Notes: generated by a model from the letters alone, not told the origin. A stretch of 64,000 nt of DNA from Thermodesulfovibrionales bacterium (GCA_963716185.1 OY970295.1:15864-79863); one strand, 5' to 3'. Positions 43,894 to 54,129 are shown, counted from the first letter of the stretch. A program made the numbers and translations.

Positions 43894-46578
43894 TTATGAT
43901 AGATAGTTACCCCCTCTTCTCCTCCTGAACCACTTCTCAGCCTCGACAGCAAAAAAAACAATTGAAGATAACCCCAATGCAATGAATAGTTCGCATAAGG
44001 ACAGGGGCTTCGTTTTGAACACCGGGTTTAAAAAGGGTACATATACCGCAGCCATCTGAAAAGCCAAACTTATTGTTACCGCACCTAAAAGGGGTTTGTT
44101 GGATAATAGTCCGATCTTGAACAACGACTCCCCTTCCGACCTCACCGCAAAGGCATTTCCGAATTGCGACAGACAAAGAACAGTGAACACCATTGTCTGC
44201 CAGTGGCCGTTGAAGACCCGGATCGACAACGCCTGTGTGAAAATAGTAATTCCGGCCATGAGCAGGCCGACCCATAAACAATAGAATCCCAGGCCGTCGG
44301 CCAATACGCCCTCTTTCGGATGCCTCGGCGGCCTGACCATCACATCTCTTTCTTCAGGTTCAACGGAAAGTGCAAGAGCGGGAAGCCCATCGGTCATCAG
44401 GTTTATCCATAGAATATGGATCGGCAGGAGGGGAATCGGCATGCCGAAAAAAGGCGCAAGGAACAGCGTCCACACTTCCCCGGAATTCGATGAGAGGAGA
44501 TATTTTATTATTTTTCTCAGATTGTCGTATATCTTCCTGCCCTCTCTGACCGCCTTCACGATTGTCGCAAAATTGTCATCGATGAGGATCATATCGGATG
44601 TCTCTTTTGCAACATCGGCGCCAGTTATTCCCATGGCAATACCAATGTCCGCCTTTTTTAAAGCGGGTGCGTCATTCACACCGTCTCCCGTCATAGCAAC
44701 GAACTGGCCTCTGTCCTGAAGCGCCTTGATTATCTTTAACTTTTGCTCCGGTGCGACTCTGGCGTAGACCCTTACATATTCCACCTTTTTTTCAAACTCC
44801 GCCATCGGAAGTTCGGAAAGCTCTTTCCCTGTAATGACTTCTCCCGACTCTCCGTAAAGAATGCCGATCCTTTTTGCTACTGTTTTTGCCGTGACCGGAT
44901 GGTCGCCTGTTATCATGACAGGCTTTATGCCTGCGGACTTGCAGATTTCCACAGCCTCCTTGACCTCTTCACGCGGCGGGTCCGCAAGGCCGACAAAACC
45001 CAGGAAAGTAAGTCCCTTTTCCACCGAGCCGGAAGTAATTTCATCCGGAAGGTGATCCCATCTTCTGAATCCTATGGCGATAACTCTGAGTCCGTCGGCG
45101 GCCATTCTATCGTTCACAATCTTGATCTCTTCCTTGTTAATTTTCTTCGGACCGTACGTTGTCAGAATATCGACAGATCTTTCCAGGATGACCTCGATCG
45201 CTCCTTTTGTGAAAGAGACGAAATTGGGCAACAAATCATCCCCCCATCCCCCCTTTGGCAAGGGGGGGAGCTCAGGGGGGGGCCTGTGTATCGTCGTCAT
45301 GCACTTCCTTTCAGAATCGAATGGAATCTCTGCAACGCGAGGGGAATAATCTTCGAGTTCTTTTTTAGCGAAACCTTTCCCGGCGGCAGCGTTATACAAA
45401 GCTATCTCCGTAGGGTCCCCAAGAACTTTGCCGTCTTTGTCGACTGCCGCGTCATTATTCAAAGCAAGAGCCGACATAAGAAATTGAATGGGGGAATTAA
45501 TGAATTTAGCAGCCACCCTATTCACCCATTTTTCACCCTCTATTTCGTCATGGACGTAGACCTCCTCAACAGTCATCCGGTTCAGCGTCATCGTGCCTGT
45601 TTTGTCGGAGCAGATAAACGTCACAGAGCCGAGAGTTTCCACTGCAGGAAGCTTTCTTATCAGAACGTTCTGTTTCACCATCTTTCTTGCACTGATGGCA
45701 AGCGAAATCGTCACAACCGCAGGAAGGGCCTCTGGTATAGCGGCAACAGCAAGGGAGATGGCTGTGAGCAGCATGAGCAAGGGCTGCTCTCCTCTTATAA
45801 GGCCGGCGCCAAGGATTACAGCACATATGACGATTATCCCTGCAGAAAGTTTCTTACCGAAATCTTCGAGTCTTTTTTGAAGCGGGGTCTTTACCTTTTC
45901 TTCCCCTTGAAGCATTGATGCGATCTTTCCCAGCTCCGTTTTCATCCCCGTGGCGGTAACAATGCCTTTGCCTCTGCCGCTGGATACCACGGTGCTCTTG
46001 TACGCCATATTCTTTCTATCGCCTATCGGCAGCATTTCATCCTGAAGCAAGTCTGTATTTTTTTCTACGGGTATGGATTCTCCTGTGAGAGCCGCCTCTT
46101 CGATCTTCAGGCCGGCCGCCTCGAATAATCTCATATCTGCGGGTACAACCTTGCCCGTCTCAAGTGAAACTATATCTCCGGGAACGACCTCGTATGCAAT
46201 TATGTTTTCGGGGTTCCCGTCTCTTATGACAGTTGCCGTAAGAGCTGCCATCCTCTTTAAAACCGCCATGGCCTTTCCCGCCCTGTATTCCTGAATGAAC
46301 CCGATGACCGCGTTAAGTATTACTATCGCTATAATGGCCGCAGTGTCGGACTTCTCACCGAGAACACCTGATATGATGGCGGCTGCGATAAGGACAAGGA
46401 TCATGAAGTCCCTGAACTGCCCGAGAAACATCACGAAGGGGGTCGTTTTCTTTTTTTCTTCGAGTACATTCGCGCCGTGTGTCCGGAGCCTTTCTCCGGC
46501 CTCGGCAGCGGAAAGACCATTTCTTGAAGAACGGAGTTCCTCAAGAATATCTTCTATGTCTTTTTGATGCCAGTCCAT
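43894..46578 (-). CDS. P-type cation ATPase, Ca2+ (P2A)-like
   Basis: TGES, AIPEAL, CSDKTGT, GDGVNDAPAL, WINLMTDGLP. Confidence 0.95.
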   Translation of the reverse strand: MDWHQKDIEDILEELRSSRNGLSAAEAGERLRTHGANVLEEKKKTTPFVMFLGQFRDFMILVLIAAAIISGVLGEKSDTAAIIAIVILNAVIGFIQEYRAGKAMAVLKRMAALTATVIRDGNPENIIAYEVVPGDIVSLETGKVVPADMRLFEAAGLKIEEAALTGESIPVEKNTDLLQDEMLPIGDRKNMAYKSTVVSSGRGKGIVTATGMKTELGKIASMLQGEEKVKTPLQKRLEDFGKKLSAGIIVICAVILGAGLIRGEQPLLMLLTAISLAVAAIPEALPAVVTISLAISARKMVKQNVLIRKLPAVETLGSVTFICSDKTGTMTLNRMTVEEVYVHDEIEGEKWVNRVAAKFINSPIQFLMSALALNNDAAVDKDGKVLGDPTEIALYNAAAGKGFAKKELEDYSPRVAEIPFDSERKCMTTIHRPPPELPPLPKGGWGDDLLPNFVSFTKGAIEVILERSVDILTTYGPKKINKEEIKIVNDRMAADGLRVIAIGFRRWDHLPDEITSGSVEKGLTFLGFVGLADPPREEVKEAVEICKSAGIKPVMITGDHPVTAKTVAKRIGILYGESGEVITGKELSELPMAEFEKKVEYVRVYARVAPEQKLKIIKALQDRGQFVAMTGDGVNDAPALKKADIGIAMGITGADVAKETSDMILIDDNFATIVKAVREGRKIYDNLRKIIKYLLSSNSGEVWTLFLAPFFGMPIPLLPIHILWINLMTDGLPALALSVEPEERDVMVRPPRHPKEGVLADGLGFYCLWVGLLMAGITIFTQALSIRVFNGHWQTMVFTVLCLSQFGNAFAVRSEGESLFKIGLLSNKPLLGAVTISLAFQMAAVYVPFLNPVFKTKPLSLCELFIALGLSSIVFFAVEAEKWFRRRRGGNYLS

Positions 46579-46869
46579 GATCAAGTTTGCGTTCCCCTCC
46601 TCAAAAACGTCCCATGGAGAGCTTTGTATCAACCACTAGTAGGAATTATAGCGGCTGCGCAGGTCAATAGGAATAGCAGCAGAATAACTTGCAGAGATGC
46701 GGCACTTATCACTAAGATAATTTCCGTCGTACTGCCCGACTGCGTCGTTTACAGCACACCGCAGGTATTTTTTCAAGCGCTTAAACTTTAAGTTGACACT
46801 GTTACATTAAACAACATAAATTATATAAGGGTTTTTGTAAAAACTTGTTTCTGTCCCGATAGATAAACT

Positions 46870-48522
46870 ATGTTAAACAAGAAATTTGAGAGACTGATCA
46901 AGAATAAAATTATAACTGAAGACGCATTAAATGAAAGCATGCAAGAATCGGTTGCTTCCGGTAAATGCCTCGAAGAATTACTGATAGGCAAAGGCGTACC
47001 CAAGCATCAGATATTGTTCTGCCTCACCGAATACTATGGATATCCGTTTGCGGAGTTCGATGAGAATATTAAGATTAAGGCGCCCCCGGATATTATACAA
47101 AAGCTGGATCTCGAAAGGCTTAAAAAAGCCCTGTGGTTTCCCCTTTCGGCCGGACAGAATAAAGCAGAGGTGATCGCATACGACCCCGCTTCGCCTTCGG
47201 TTATAGAAGATATAAAAGATACCGTGGCCGCCGAAAAGATAGAATTTCAGGTTGCCCTGCCCTCCGATATCGTCAGGATAATCGAGAACAATCAGGATAT
47301 TAACCCTCATTTCCCGCCTTCTTCGGGAAGGACACAGCTTGCAAAGGTAAGGACGTTTTTAGCTTACAGGAGATCTCTGCTTGCCAGCTACAGGACATTG
47401 TTGTCAAAGGGCAGGACGGGACTTGCCTTTCTTCGCACCGGGCTTTCTCTTATAACAATAGCCCTCATGCTTTTCAAGATTTTTGGATTTGGATATTGGA
47501 CTATTATTGATTTGATGATTTTGGCAACAGGAATTGTAATGACTATAGACGGTCTTACCTGGTATATCCCGGCAAGGAAGATCGGCAGAAAGAAGCTCTT
47601 TAAAGTCAGCACTGTACCAACAGGCGTAACCTCGGTGCTTGAAGTCGTGAATCCCGAAGGCAAATTCTTTTTTAGGCGAACCGGCCCTGTTCCCGGAGCG
47701 GATATATTGCGCGGCAACTGGAGAGGTCTCTCACCGGTGATGCGAAGGAGGTTCCTTGCAAACGACAGGACCGATTTTGCAGAGGAAAGGACACTTCTTT
47801 CATTTTACAGGACTTTAATGGCCAAGGCACGCACGGGTCTTGCCATTACCCGTACAGGAATCGGATTTATCGGTCTGGGGATTGCTTTGTTGAGGCATTT
47901 TCACAGGGGCTCATGGGATGTATTCGGTTATGCCCTTATGGTTATCGGCGGCACCATGGTGCTTGAGGGCTTGTACTGGTATTTCCCTGGAAGGCGTGCA
48001 GGCAAAGAAAGCTTTGATTCAGTTAAAGCGGCAGGGGAGAAAACGACTATCTGGGATCTCGTATTCCCGCCTGTGCATAAAAGACCCGTCAGAGAAAATT
48101 CCCTCGCCGGCCCTTTGCCGGTTAAGGCGAGCCATTCTCCGGGAATCTGGGGAACAACGGGGCTTGCCCTTGAAAGGACAGTGCTCGCGGAAAGAAGGAA
48201 TGTTATGGCGAGGCTCCGCACTATTATGGCCCGATCGAGGACAGGACTGGGCTTTGTCAGGACCGGAATGAATTTCAGCGCAGTAGGCACCGGCCTTCTT
48301 GTATCTTTCGGCACGCGAAATATTGTTTGGACTATAGTAGAGGTCATCATATTACTGACCGGCCTGGTGCTTATAGCTGACGGATTGTACTGGCACATAC
48401 CGGCGGAAAAAATAAGACGGCAATTCCCTTACTGTTTCGGCGATATGGAGATTGCGATCCCCGACTACGGCAAGCCCGTCCGCTTTTGGGGAAAGGCCAT
48501 TTTCAATCATGATAACGAATAA
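46870..48522 (+). CDS. membrane protein: GspE/PilB N-terminal (MshEN-like) domain plus three extended DUF202-like repeats
   Basis: N-terminal LEELLIGKG..LTEYYGYPF..WFPL..DP; three (RTxLAxx)n-RTG-TM-TM-DGLxW units. Confidence 0.7.
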   Translation: MLNKKFERLIKNKIITEDALNESMQESVASGKCLEELLIGKGVPKHQILFCLTEYYGYPFAEFDENIKIKAPPDIIQKLDLERLKKALWFPLSAGQNKAEVIAYDPASPSVIEDIKDTVAAEKIEFQVALPSDIVRIIENNQDINPHFPPSSGRTQLAKVRTFLAYRRSLLASYRTLLSKGRTGLAFLRTGLSLITIALMLFKIFGFGYWTIIDLMILATGIVMTIDGLTWYIPARKIGRKKLFKVSTVPTGVTSVLEVVNPEGKFFFRRTGPVPGADILRGNWRGLSPVMRRRFLANDRTDFAEERTLLSFYRTLMAKARTGLAITRTGIGFIGLGIALLRHFHRGSWDVFGYALMVIGGTMVLEGLYWYFPGRRAGKESFDSVKAAGEKTTIWDLVFPPVHKRPVRENSLAGPLPVKASHSPGIWGTTGLALERTVLAERRNVMARLRTIMARSRTGLGFVRTGMNFSAVGTGLLVSFGTRNIVWTIVEVIILLTGLVLIADGLYWHIPAEKIRRQFPYCFGDMEIAIPDYGKPVRFWGKAIFNHDNE

Positions 48523-49732
48523 TAAGGTTTTTATAGAAAAGAGAGTTGAGAGATTTTCTGCTTTGATAGAGCATGGAAGAATTACATGGGAGGCCATTCT
48601 TGCAGCCGAGGAAGCCGCATTTGCACGCGGCGTTGAACCTGAAAAAATACTCATAGAGGAACGGGGCATTTCCCGCTGCGCTTTACTTAGGATAGTTTCA
48701 GAATATTATAACCTTGCCTTTATTGAATACGATGAAAGGCTGCCTGTGCCCCCGGAACTTTTATATGGTCTTGATGCAAAAATACTTTCAGAGAGCAAGT
48801 GGTTTCCTGTCATTAAAGACGGCAATGCAGCCGTCATAGCCGTCAACAATCCGGCGGATGTCGCGATTTTGGATGAAGTGAAAACCTTCATCAAAGCGAG
48901 CGGGTACGAGTTCCGGGTGGCCCTCGGAGATGATATTCAGTGGTTTATCCAGGACTTCCTTAATGAAAAACCCGGGTATCTCATAGGAACTCAACGGACC
49001 GGCCTTGCCTTCTGGCGCAACATATTGGCTCAGTGGAGGACAAGGCTTTCGTGTTATAGAACAGACCTTGCAAAGGCAAGAACAAGTCTTTCTTTTCTGC
49101 GATGGGGGCTGGGCCTGACTGCTCTCTCCGATACGCTTATGCACACACATAAGTATGGTGAGATTTTTTATTTTTACTGGGCAATGATTGCAGCGGGCAT
49201 TTCTCTTTCCGTCATGGGATTATTAGGATACCTTAAGATAAGGGAGACAAGGATAAACCCTCCGGGAGTTCAAACGCTTGTAGAGGTCACATCTGCAACA
49301 TTACAATTCCTCGAAGATTACCATTTCATTGAAGGTACATGTAAAATTACGCCTCAAAAGAAGACGATGCTTGCCCGTTTAGCCGATTTTCTTGAATGCT
49401 ACTCCACTATTCTTTACCCATTTCGATCATATAAGGAACGCATCCATCTTGCGCGCGAAAGAAATGTCCTTGCAGCACAGCGTACAGTGGCTTCCTGCTA
49501 TCGTACAATTGCCGCACGCGCAAGGACGGGCCTTTCATTTTTTCGTACAGGCGTTGCATTATCAAGCCTTGGATTCGGTCTTTTAAAATATTTCGGATTC
49601 AGCCTGGCAACAACCTTTGACATGTTTCTTATCTTGGTCGGATTACTGATGATCTATGATGGCATCATGTGGTACTGGCCTGTAAGAAATGAACAGGCCG
49701 AGACCCCGAGATGCAACCTTCCGGAGTGGTAA
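48509..49732 (+). CDS. paralogous membrane protein: MshEN-like domain plus two extended DUF202-like repeats
   Basis: ATG 48509 overlaps the end of the upstream gene; same N-domain (SEYYNLAF..KWFPV..NNP) and two Arg-heptad/2-TM units. Confidence 0.7.
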   Translation: MITNNKVFIEKRVERFSALIEHGRITWEAILAAEEAAFARGVEPEKILIEERGISRCALLRIVSEYYNLAFIEYDERLPVPPELLYGLDAKILSESKWFPVIKDGNAAVIAVNNPADVAILDEVKTFIKASGYEFRVALGDDIQWFIQDFLNEKPGYLIGTQRTGLAFWRNILAQWRTRLSCYRTDLAKARTSLSFLRWGLGLTALSDTLMHTHKYGEIFYFYWAMIAAGISLSVMGLLGYLKIRETRINPPGVQTLVEVTSATLQFLEDYHFIEGTCKITPQKKTMLARLADFLECYSTILYPFRSYKERIHLARERNVLAAQRTVASCYRTIAARARTGLSFFRTGVALSSLGFGLLKYFGFSLATTFDMFLILVGLLMIYDGIMWYWPVRNEQAETPRCNLPEW

Positions 49733-49738
49733 GATCGA

Positions 49739-51133
49739 GTGAAAATAGAACGTAAGATTACGCTTTCCTATATCTTTAATATTGCTTTTATAGTCCTGAT
49801 TGGCATTTTCTCATTAAATAATATGAACCTTGTCCTTACGAAGCTCAAATTTGTGGAAATCGCGGATGACTTGAATGCCTCTTTCCTCGAAATGAGAATT
49901 TCAGAAAAAAACTTTTTCCTTTATAAAGACGTGACGGCCCTCGATGAGATCGACAACAAGGTAAAAAACACCCTGGAATCCATCGAGTCTGCTAAAGACA
50001 ACATCACCCGTGCCATCGGCGAGGAAAACCTCGGACGGCTGAAAACATATTTAAAAGGTTACGCTAAAGCTGTGGAAGAGGTCAGAAGTCATGGTGTAAG
50101 CGATACCGAATCGGAGATGGAACTCAGGGCCAAAGGCAAGGAATTAAGGGAATTTTCTCAAACCATTACCGAGCTTGAAAGAAAAAACGTTAATGCTATA
50201 ATTTTAAAATCGAAGGAGATTCTCTTTGTTTCTTTCCTGGTAATACTTTTATTGTCCGTTTTCGGCGGGCATTTTATCTCCCAGAAAATAGTGGAGTCTA
50301 TGAGGGAAATAGAGAGGCTGGCTTTGTCCATATCAAAGGGGACCTTCGAAAAACTTGATACTATTAAATCAGATAATGATGAATGCGCTTCCGTAATCAG
50401 GGCCATGAATATGATGTCTGATGAACTCAAGAACCGCGAAGACGAAATAATCCAGTCAAAGAAGCTTGCATCGCTGGGTATTCTAACCGCAGGCGTGGCT
50501 CATGAACTGAGGAACCCTCTGAACAATATCTCGATGGTGGCCCAGAACTTTGTTGAGATGCATGATTCCCTGAGCAGGGACCAGAGGATTGAGCTTATGG
50601 CCAGGGTTGAAGAGGAGACAAAAAGGATTGAAGAGATTGTGAAAAACCTTCTCGATTTTGCAAAACCGAAGGTGGCCAATCTAAAGGAGGCGGATATAAA
50701 CGGCACTATAAGCAAAGCTGTAAAACTGATGCAGAACACCCTGGATATTTCCAATATCGAGTTGAACTTGTCCCTTGATTCTTCGATCCCTCATGTCTTT
50801 ATCGATAAATCGCAGATGCAGCAGGTGCTGGTTAACCTGATACTTAATGCCGTCCAAGCCATGTCGCCCGGCGGAAAACTGTCCATAAAAACACAGGCGG
50901 GCGCTGAAGATTCTGTTACAATTGAGGTTACGGATACCGGCAAGGGAATCCCGCACGAATTTTTACCATATATATTCGACCCATTTTTCAGTACGAAAGG
51001 GGTGGAAGGAACGGGACTCGGCATGTCGATAAGTTACGCTATTATAAGAAACCATAAAGGAAACATCAAGGTCGAAAGCACGGTGAATGCAGGTACTACG
51101 TTCACAATAGATCTGCCCGTATACAAAAAATAG
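49739..51133 (+). CDS. NtrB-type sensor histidine kinase (periplasmic helical sensor, HAMP)
   Basis: AGVAHELRNPL, NAVQAM, FDPFFSTK, GTGLG. Confidence 0.93.
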   Translation: MKIERKITLSYIFNIAFIVLIGIFSLNNMNLVLTKLKFVEIADDLNASFLEMRISEKNFFLYKDVTALDEIDNKVKNTLESIESAKDNITRAIGEENLGRLKTYLKGYAKAVEEVRSHGVSDTESEMELRAKGKELREFSQTITELERKNVNAIILKSKEILFVSFLVILLLSVFGGHFISQKIVESMREIERLALSISKGTFEKLDTIKSDNDECASVIRAMNMMSDELKNREDEIIQSKKLASLGILTAGVAHELRNPLNNISMVAQNFVEMHDSLSRDQRIELMARVEEETKRIEEIVKNLLDFAKPKVANLKEADINGTISKAVKLMQNTLDISNIELNLSLDSSIPHVFIDKSQMQQVLVNLILNAVQAMSPGGKLSIKTQAGAEDSVTIEVTDTGKGIPHEFLPYIFDPFFSTKGVEGTGLGMSISYAIIRNHKGNIKVESTVNAGTTFTIDLPVYKK

Positions 51134-51143
51134 GAGGCGAAAT

Positions 51144-51512
51144 ATGGATGACTACAGGATCATGATTATTGATGATGAAAAGATTGTAGGTGATATGGCG
51201 AAGATGGCCCTTGAGAAAGAAGGTTACAGCGTCGAGACGTTTGTAAATGCTGAACCCGCACTGGATAGATTAAGGACCGAGAGATTTGACGTAGTGGTTA
51301 CCGACTTCAAAATGAAGGGGATAGACGGCATGGAAGTGCTCAGGAGGGTGAAAGGTCTTTATCCCGAAACCAAGGTCATAATGATTACGGCCTTTGCCAA
51401 TCTCGACACTGCTATTGAAGCCCTGAGGGAAGACGTGTATGACTTCTTCCCGAAGCCGGTAAAAATAAAGGAGCTGAAGGCATCCATACAGCGCGCATTG
51501 AAAAAATTATGA
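51144..51512 (+). CDS. single-domain response regulator
   Basis: IIDDE, VTDFKM, ITAFA, PKP. Confidence 0.92.
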   Translation: MDDYRIMIIDDEKIVGDMAKMALEKEGYSVETFVNAEPALDRLRTERFDVVVTDFKMKGIDGMEVLRRVKGLYPETKVIMITAFANLDTAIEALREDVYDFFPKPVKIKELKASIQRALKKL

Positions 51513-54097
51513 TGAAGAGTTCTTTTGGTTTTTTGAAATCTGTCTTCGACAGCGCCAAGAGAGCTACATACAGGCAGATTCCTTTTAATGTCCTCTTTCA
51601 GAGATTCCAGGAAGTTCTTGAAAGCAACAACAAGGCGCTTGAGATCATCACCGATATGGGAGAGAAGCTCGGAGGAGACTATCTTTTTGATATACATTAC
51701 ATAAAAAGCGCTTATTCTCAGTTATCCGCCGCCCTCTACGATTCTATTCAGAAATTTGATCTGCTCACGCGGAGGAAATATGCGCTCCTTCACGATGTAT
51801 ACAAACGTATTGATAATCAAATAAGGAATACTATATACGACCAGCCCCTGATATCCGGCAAACGGGTAGTATTTTATGAAGATATTACGTGGGACATGCG
51901 CCGGGATGTCGGCGGCAAAAATGCCGGGCTCTCCGATCTGAAAAATATTTTGAAGCTCAATGTACCTCACGGATTCGCCATAACAACATACGCATTTGAC
52001 GAATTCGTGCAGCACAACAGGCTGAACGAAAAAATAGACGGGTTGAGGAAAGACGCCGAATTTGCCGAAACAAAACTGGATGAGCTGCGCGGCCTGATCA
52101 TTGAAGCGGAAATACCGCAGGACCTGGACAGCGACATTAATATGGCCCTGCATACAATAAGGTCCCGGTGCGGTGGAAATTGTTCCCTTGCCGTAAGGAG
52201 CAGCGCCGAGGAAGAAGACGGCGAAATATCTTTTGCCGGACAGTTTGATACCATACTCAACGTGCCTTTGAAAGCGGAGACGGTCAAGGACGCTTACAAA
52301 AAGGTGGTTGCAAGCCTTTTTTCGACTCACGCAATAACATATCAAAAGAGTTTTGGATATAACATCGGGAAATTGAAAATGGCTGTGGGCTGTATGGCAA
52401 TGGTTGACACAATAGCCAGCGGTGTTGTCTATTCTGCGAACCCGGACGGAGACAATGAGACGATGCTGATAAATTCGGTCTGGGGGCTCGGGAGGACCGT
52501 CGTAGAAGGCCGGGCTGATGCCGACCTTTATATCGTGGGAAAAGATATCAGCCCGGAATTGATCTCCGAAAGGCCCGGCGGCAAGGAATTAATGACGGTC
52601 AATGCCGCAGACGGCGGAACGGTTATTGTTAATACCCCGGATATATTGAGAGGAAAATCTTCCCTGTCCCGGGACCAGATAAAAGAACTTGCCACGCAAG
52701 CTCTCTTTATCGAGAAATACTTCAGGAAGCCCCAGGACATTGAATGGGCGATCGATAAAAACGGGAAAATATTTATTCTGCAGTCAAGACAGCTCAGGAC
52801 CGGGGAGAGTAAAAAGGATTCTGTTTCCCGGGGCTGGTCCGTTGATTCAACAGCAGTGCTCATAAAGGGGAAAGGCATTGTCGTGCAGAAAGGCGTCGGC
52901 GCGGGCAGGGTCTTTATTGCAAATAATATCGACGAACTGGGCCATTTCCCAAGGGGAGCGGTACTCGTTGCAAAACATGACTCTTCCAACTTCGTACGGC
53001 TTATGCCTTATGTATCGGCTATTATAACCGATACCGGTACTCCCACCAGCCATATGGCGTCCCTCTGCAGGGAATTCAGGATCCCGGCAATCGTGAATAC
53101 AGGGGATGCAACAAGGGTTCTCAGGCACGGTCAGGAAATCACCGTAGATGCATATGATGAAAACAATATCGTCTATGACGGAATTATCAAAGAACTTATC
53201 GAATATGCTTATTCGGATTCCCCGGATATGGAATCCCTATATGAATACCGCAAGAAAAGGTATGTCCTGAGGTATATTTCGCCTCTCAATCTCGTCGAAC
53301 CGTTAATGGATAATTTCACCCCCGGTGGGTGTAAGACCATACATGATATACTCAGGTTCATTCATGAAAAATCGATCACGGAGATCATCGACAGCGCCGG
53401 ATACGGAATGAATTTAAAAGACCGTATTGCCGTTAAACTGGAACTTCCCATCCCTGCGGACATTATAGTAATTGATATGGGGGGCGGCCTGGAACTCACG
53501 GACAACAGTTCAAGAAAACATATCGGGAAGAAAGATACGGTTAAGGTTGAACAGATAACGTCCATCCCGTTGAAGGCCGTTATCAAAGGAATGCTGTATC
53601 CCGGCGCCTGGCATTCTGAAACCGTCCCGCTGAAAATGAATGACCTGATCACAAGTATGACAAGAATGCCGGACATAATCTCTGAAAGCAGGGCTAATGT
53701 CTTTCACAACGTGGCTGTCGCTTCGAAGGAGTACGTAAACCTTAACATGAAATTCGGGTATCACTTCAATGTCCTGGATTGCTACTGTAGTGAGAACGCA
53801 AGGAATAACCATATCTATTTCCGTTTTGCAGGCGGCGCAACAGATATTTTGAAGCGTTCACGAAGGGTACAGCTTATCGCGATTGTTTTAAAAAAATACG
53901 GCTTCGGCGTAATGACAAAGGGGGACCTCCTTATCGGGAGGCTCGCAAATATGAAACAGGATGAGATAGAAGACATCCTCGACCGGCTGGGTAGGTTGAT
54001 TGCCTACATAAGGAAGCTGGACGCCCTTCTCCGTGACGACAGCGCCGTTGAACGATACGCAGAGAGATTTATGGAAGGGAATTACGAATTGAAATAG
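51509..54097 (+). CDS. PEP-synthase/PPDK-like protein (ATP-grasp plus phospho-His domain, non-canonical C-terminus)
   Basis: VGGKNAGL, AVRSSA..ED..SFAGQF, PQDIEWA, TSHMASLCRE; no recognisable pyruvate-binding barrel. Confidence 0.88.
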   Translation: MMKSSFGFLKSVFDSAKRATYRQIPFNVLFQRFQEVLESNNKALEIITDMGEKLGGDYLFDIHYIKSAYSQLSAALYDSIQKFDLLTRRKYALLHDVYKRIDNQIRNTIYDQPLISGKRVVFYEDITWDMRRDVGGKNAGLSDLKNILKLNVPHGFAITTYAFDEFVQHNRLNEKIDGLRKDAEFAETKLDELRGLIIEAEIPQDLDSDINMALHTIRSRCGGNCSLAVRSSAEEEDGEISFAGQFDTILNVPLKAETVKDAYKKVVASLFSTHAITYQKSFGYNIGKLKMAVGCMAMVDTIASGVVYSANPDGDNETMLINSVWGLGRTVVEGRADADLYIVGKDISPELISERPGGKELMTVNAADGGTVIVNTPDILRGKSSLSRDQIKELATQALFIEKYFRKPQDIEWAIDKNGKIFILQSRQLRTGESKKDSVSRGWSVDSTAVLIKGKGIVVQKGVGAGRVFIANNIDELGHFPRGAVLVAKHDSSNFVRLMPYVSAIITDTGTPTSHMASLCREFRIPAIVNTGDATRVLRHGQEITVDAYDENNIVYDGIIKELIEYAYSDSPDMESLYEYRKKRYVLRYISPLNLVEPLMDNFTPGGCKTIHDILRFIHEKSITEIIDSAGYGMNLKDRIAVKLELPIPADIIVIDMGGGLELTDNSSRKHIGKKDTVKVEQITSIPLKAVIKGMLYPGAWHSETVPLKMNDLITSMTRMPDIISESRANVFHNVAVASKEYVNLNMKFGYHFNVLDCYCSENARNNHIYFRFAGGATDILKRSRRVQLIAIVLKKYGFGVMTKGDLLIGRLANMKQDEIEDILDRLGRLIAYIRKLDALLRDDSAVERYAERFMEGNYELK

Positions 54098-54129
54098 ATC
54101 CAGGGTTATTGAATTTTATGCATCTGCTC

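Noticed and set aside
44743..45918. 391-aa plus-strand ORF
   Set aside because: It lies antisense to the well-supported P-type ATPase and has no motifs.
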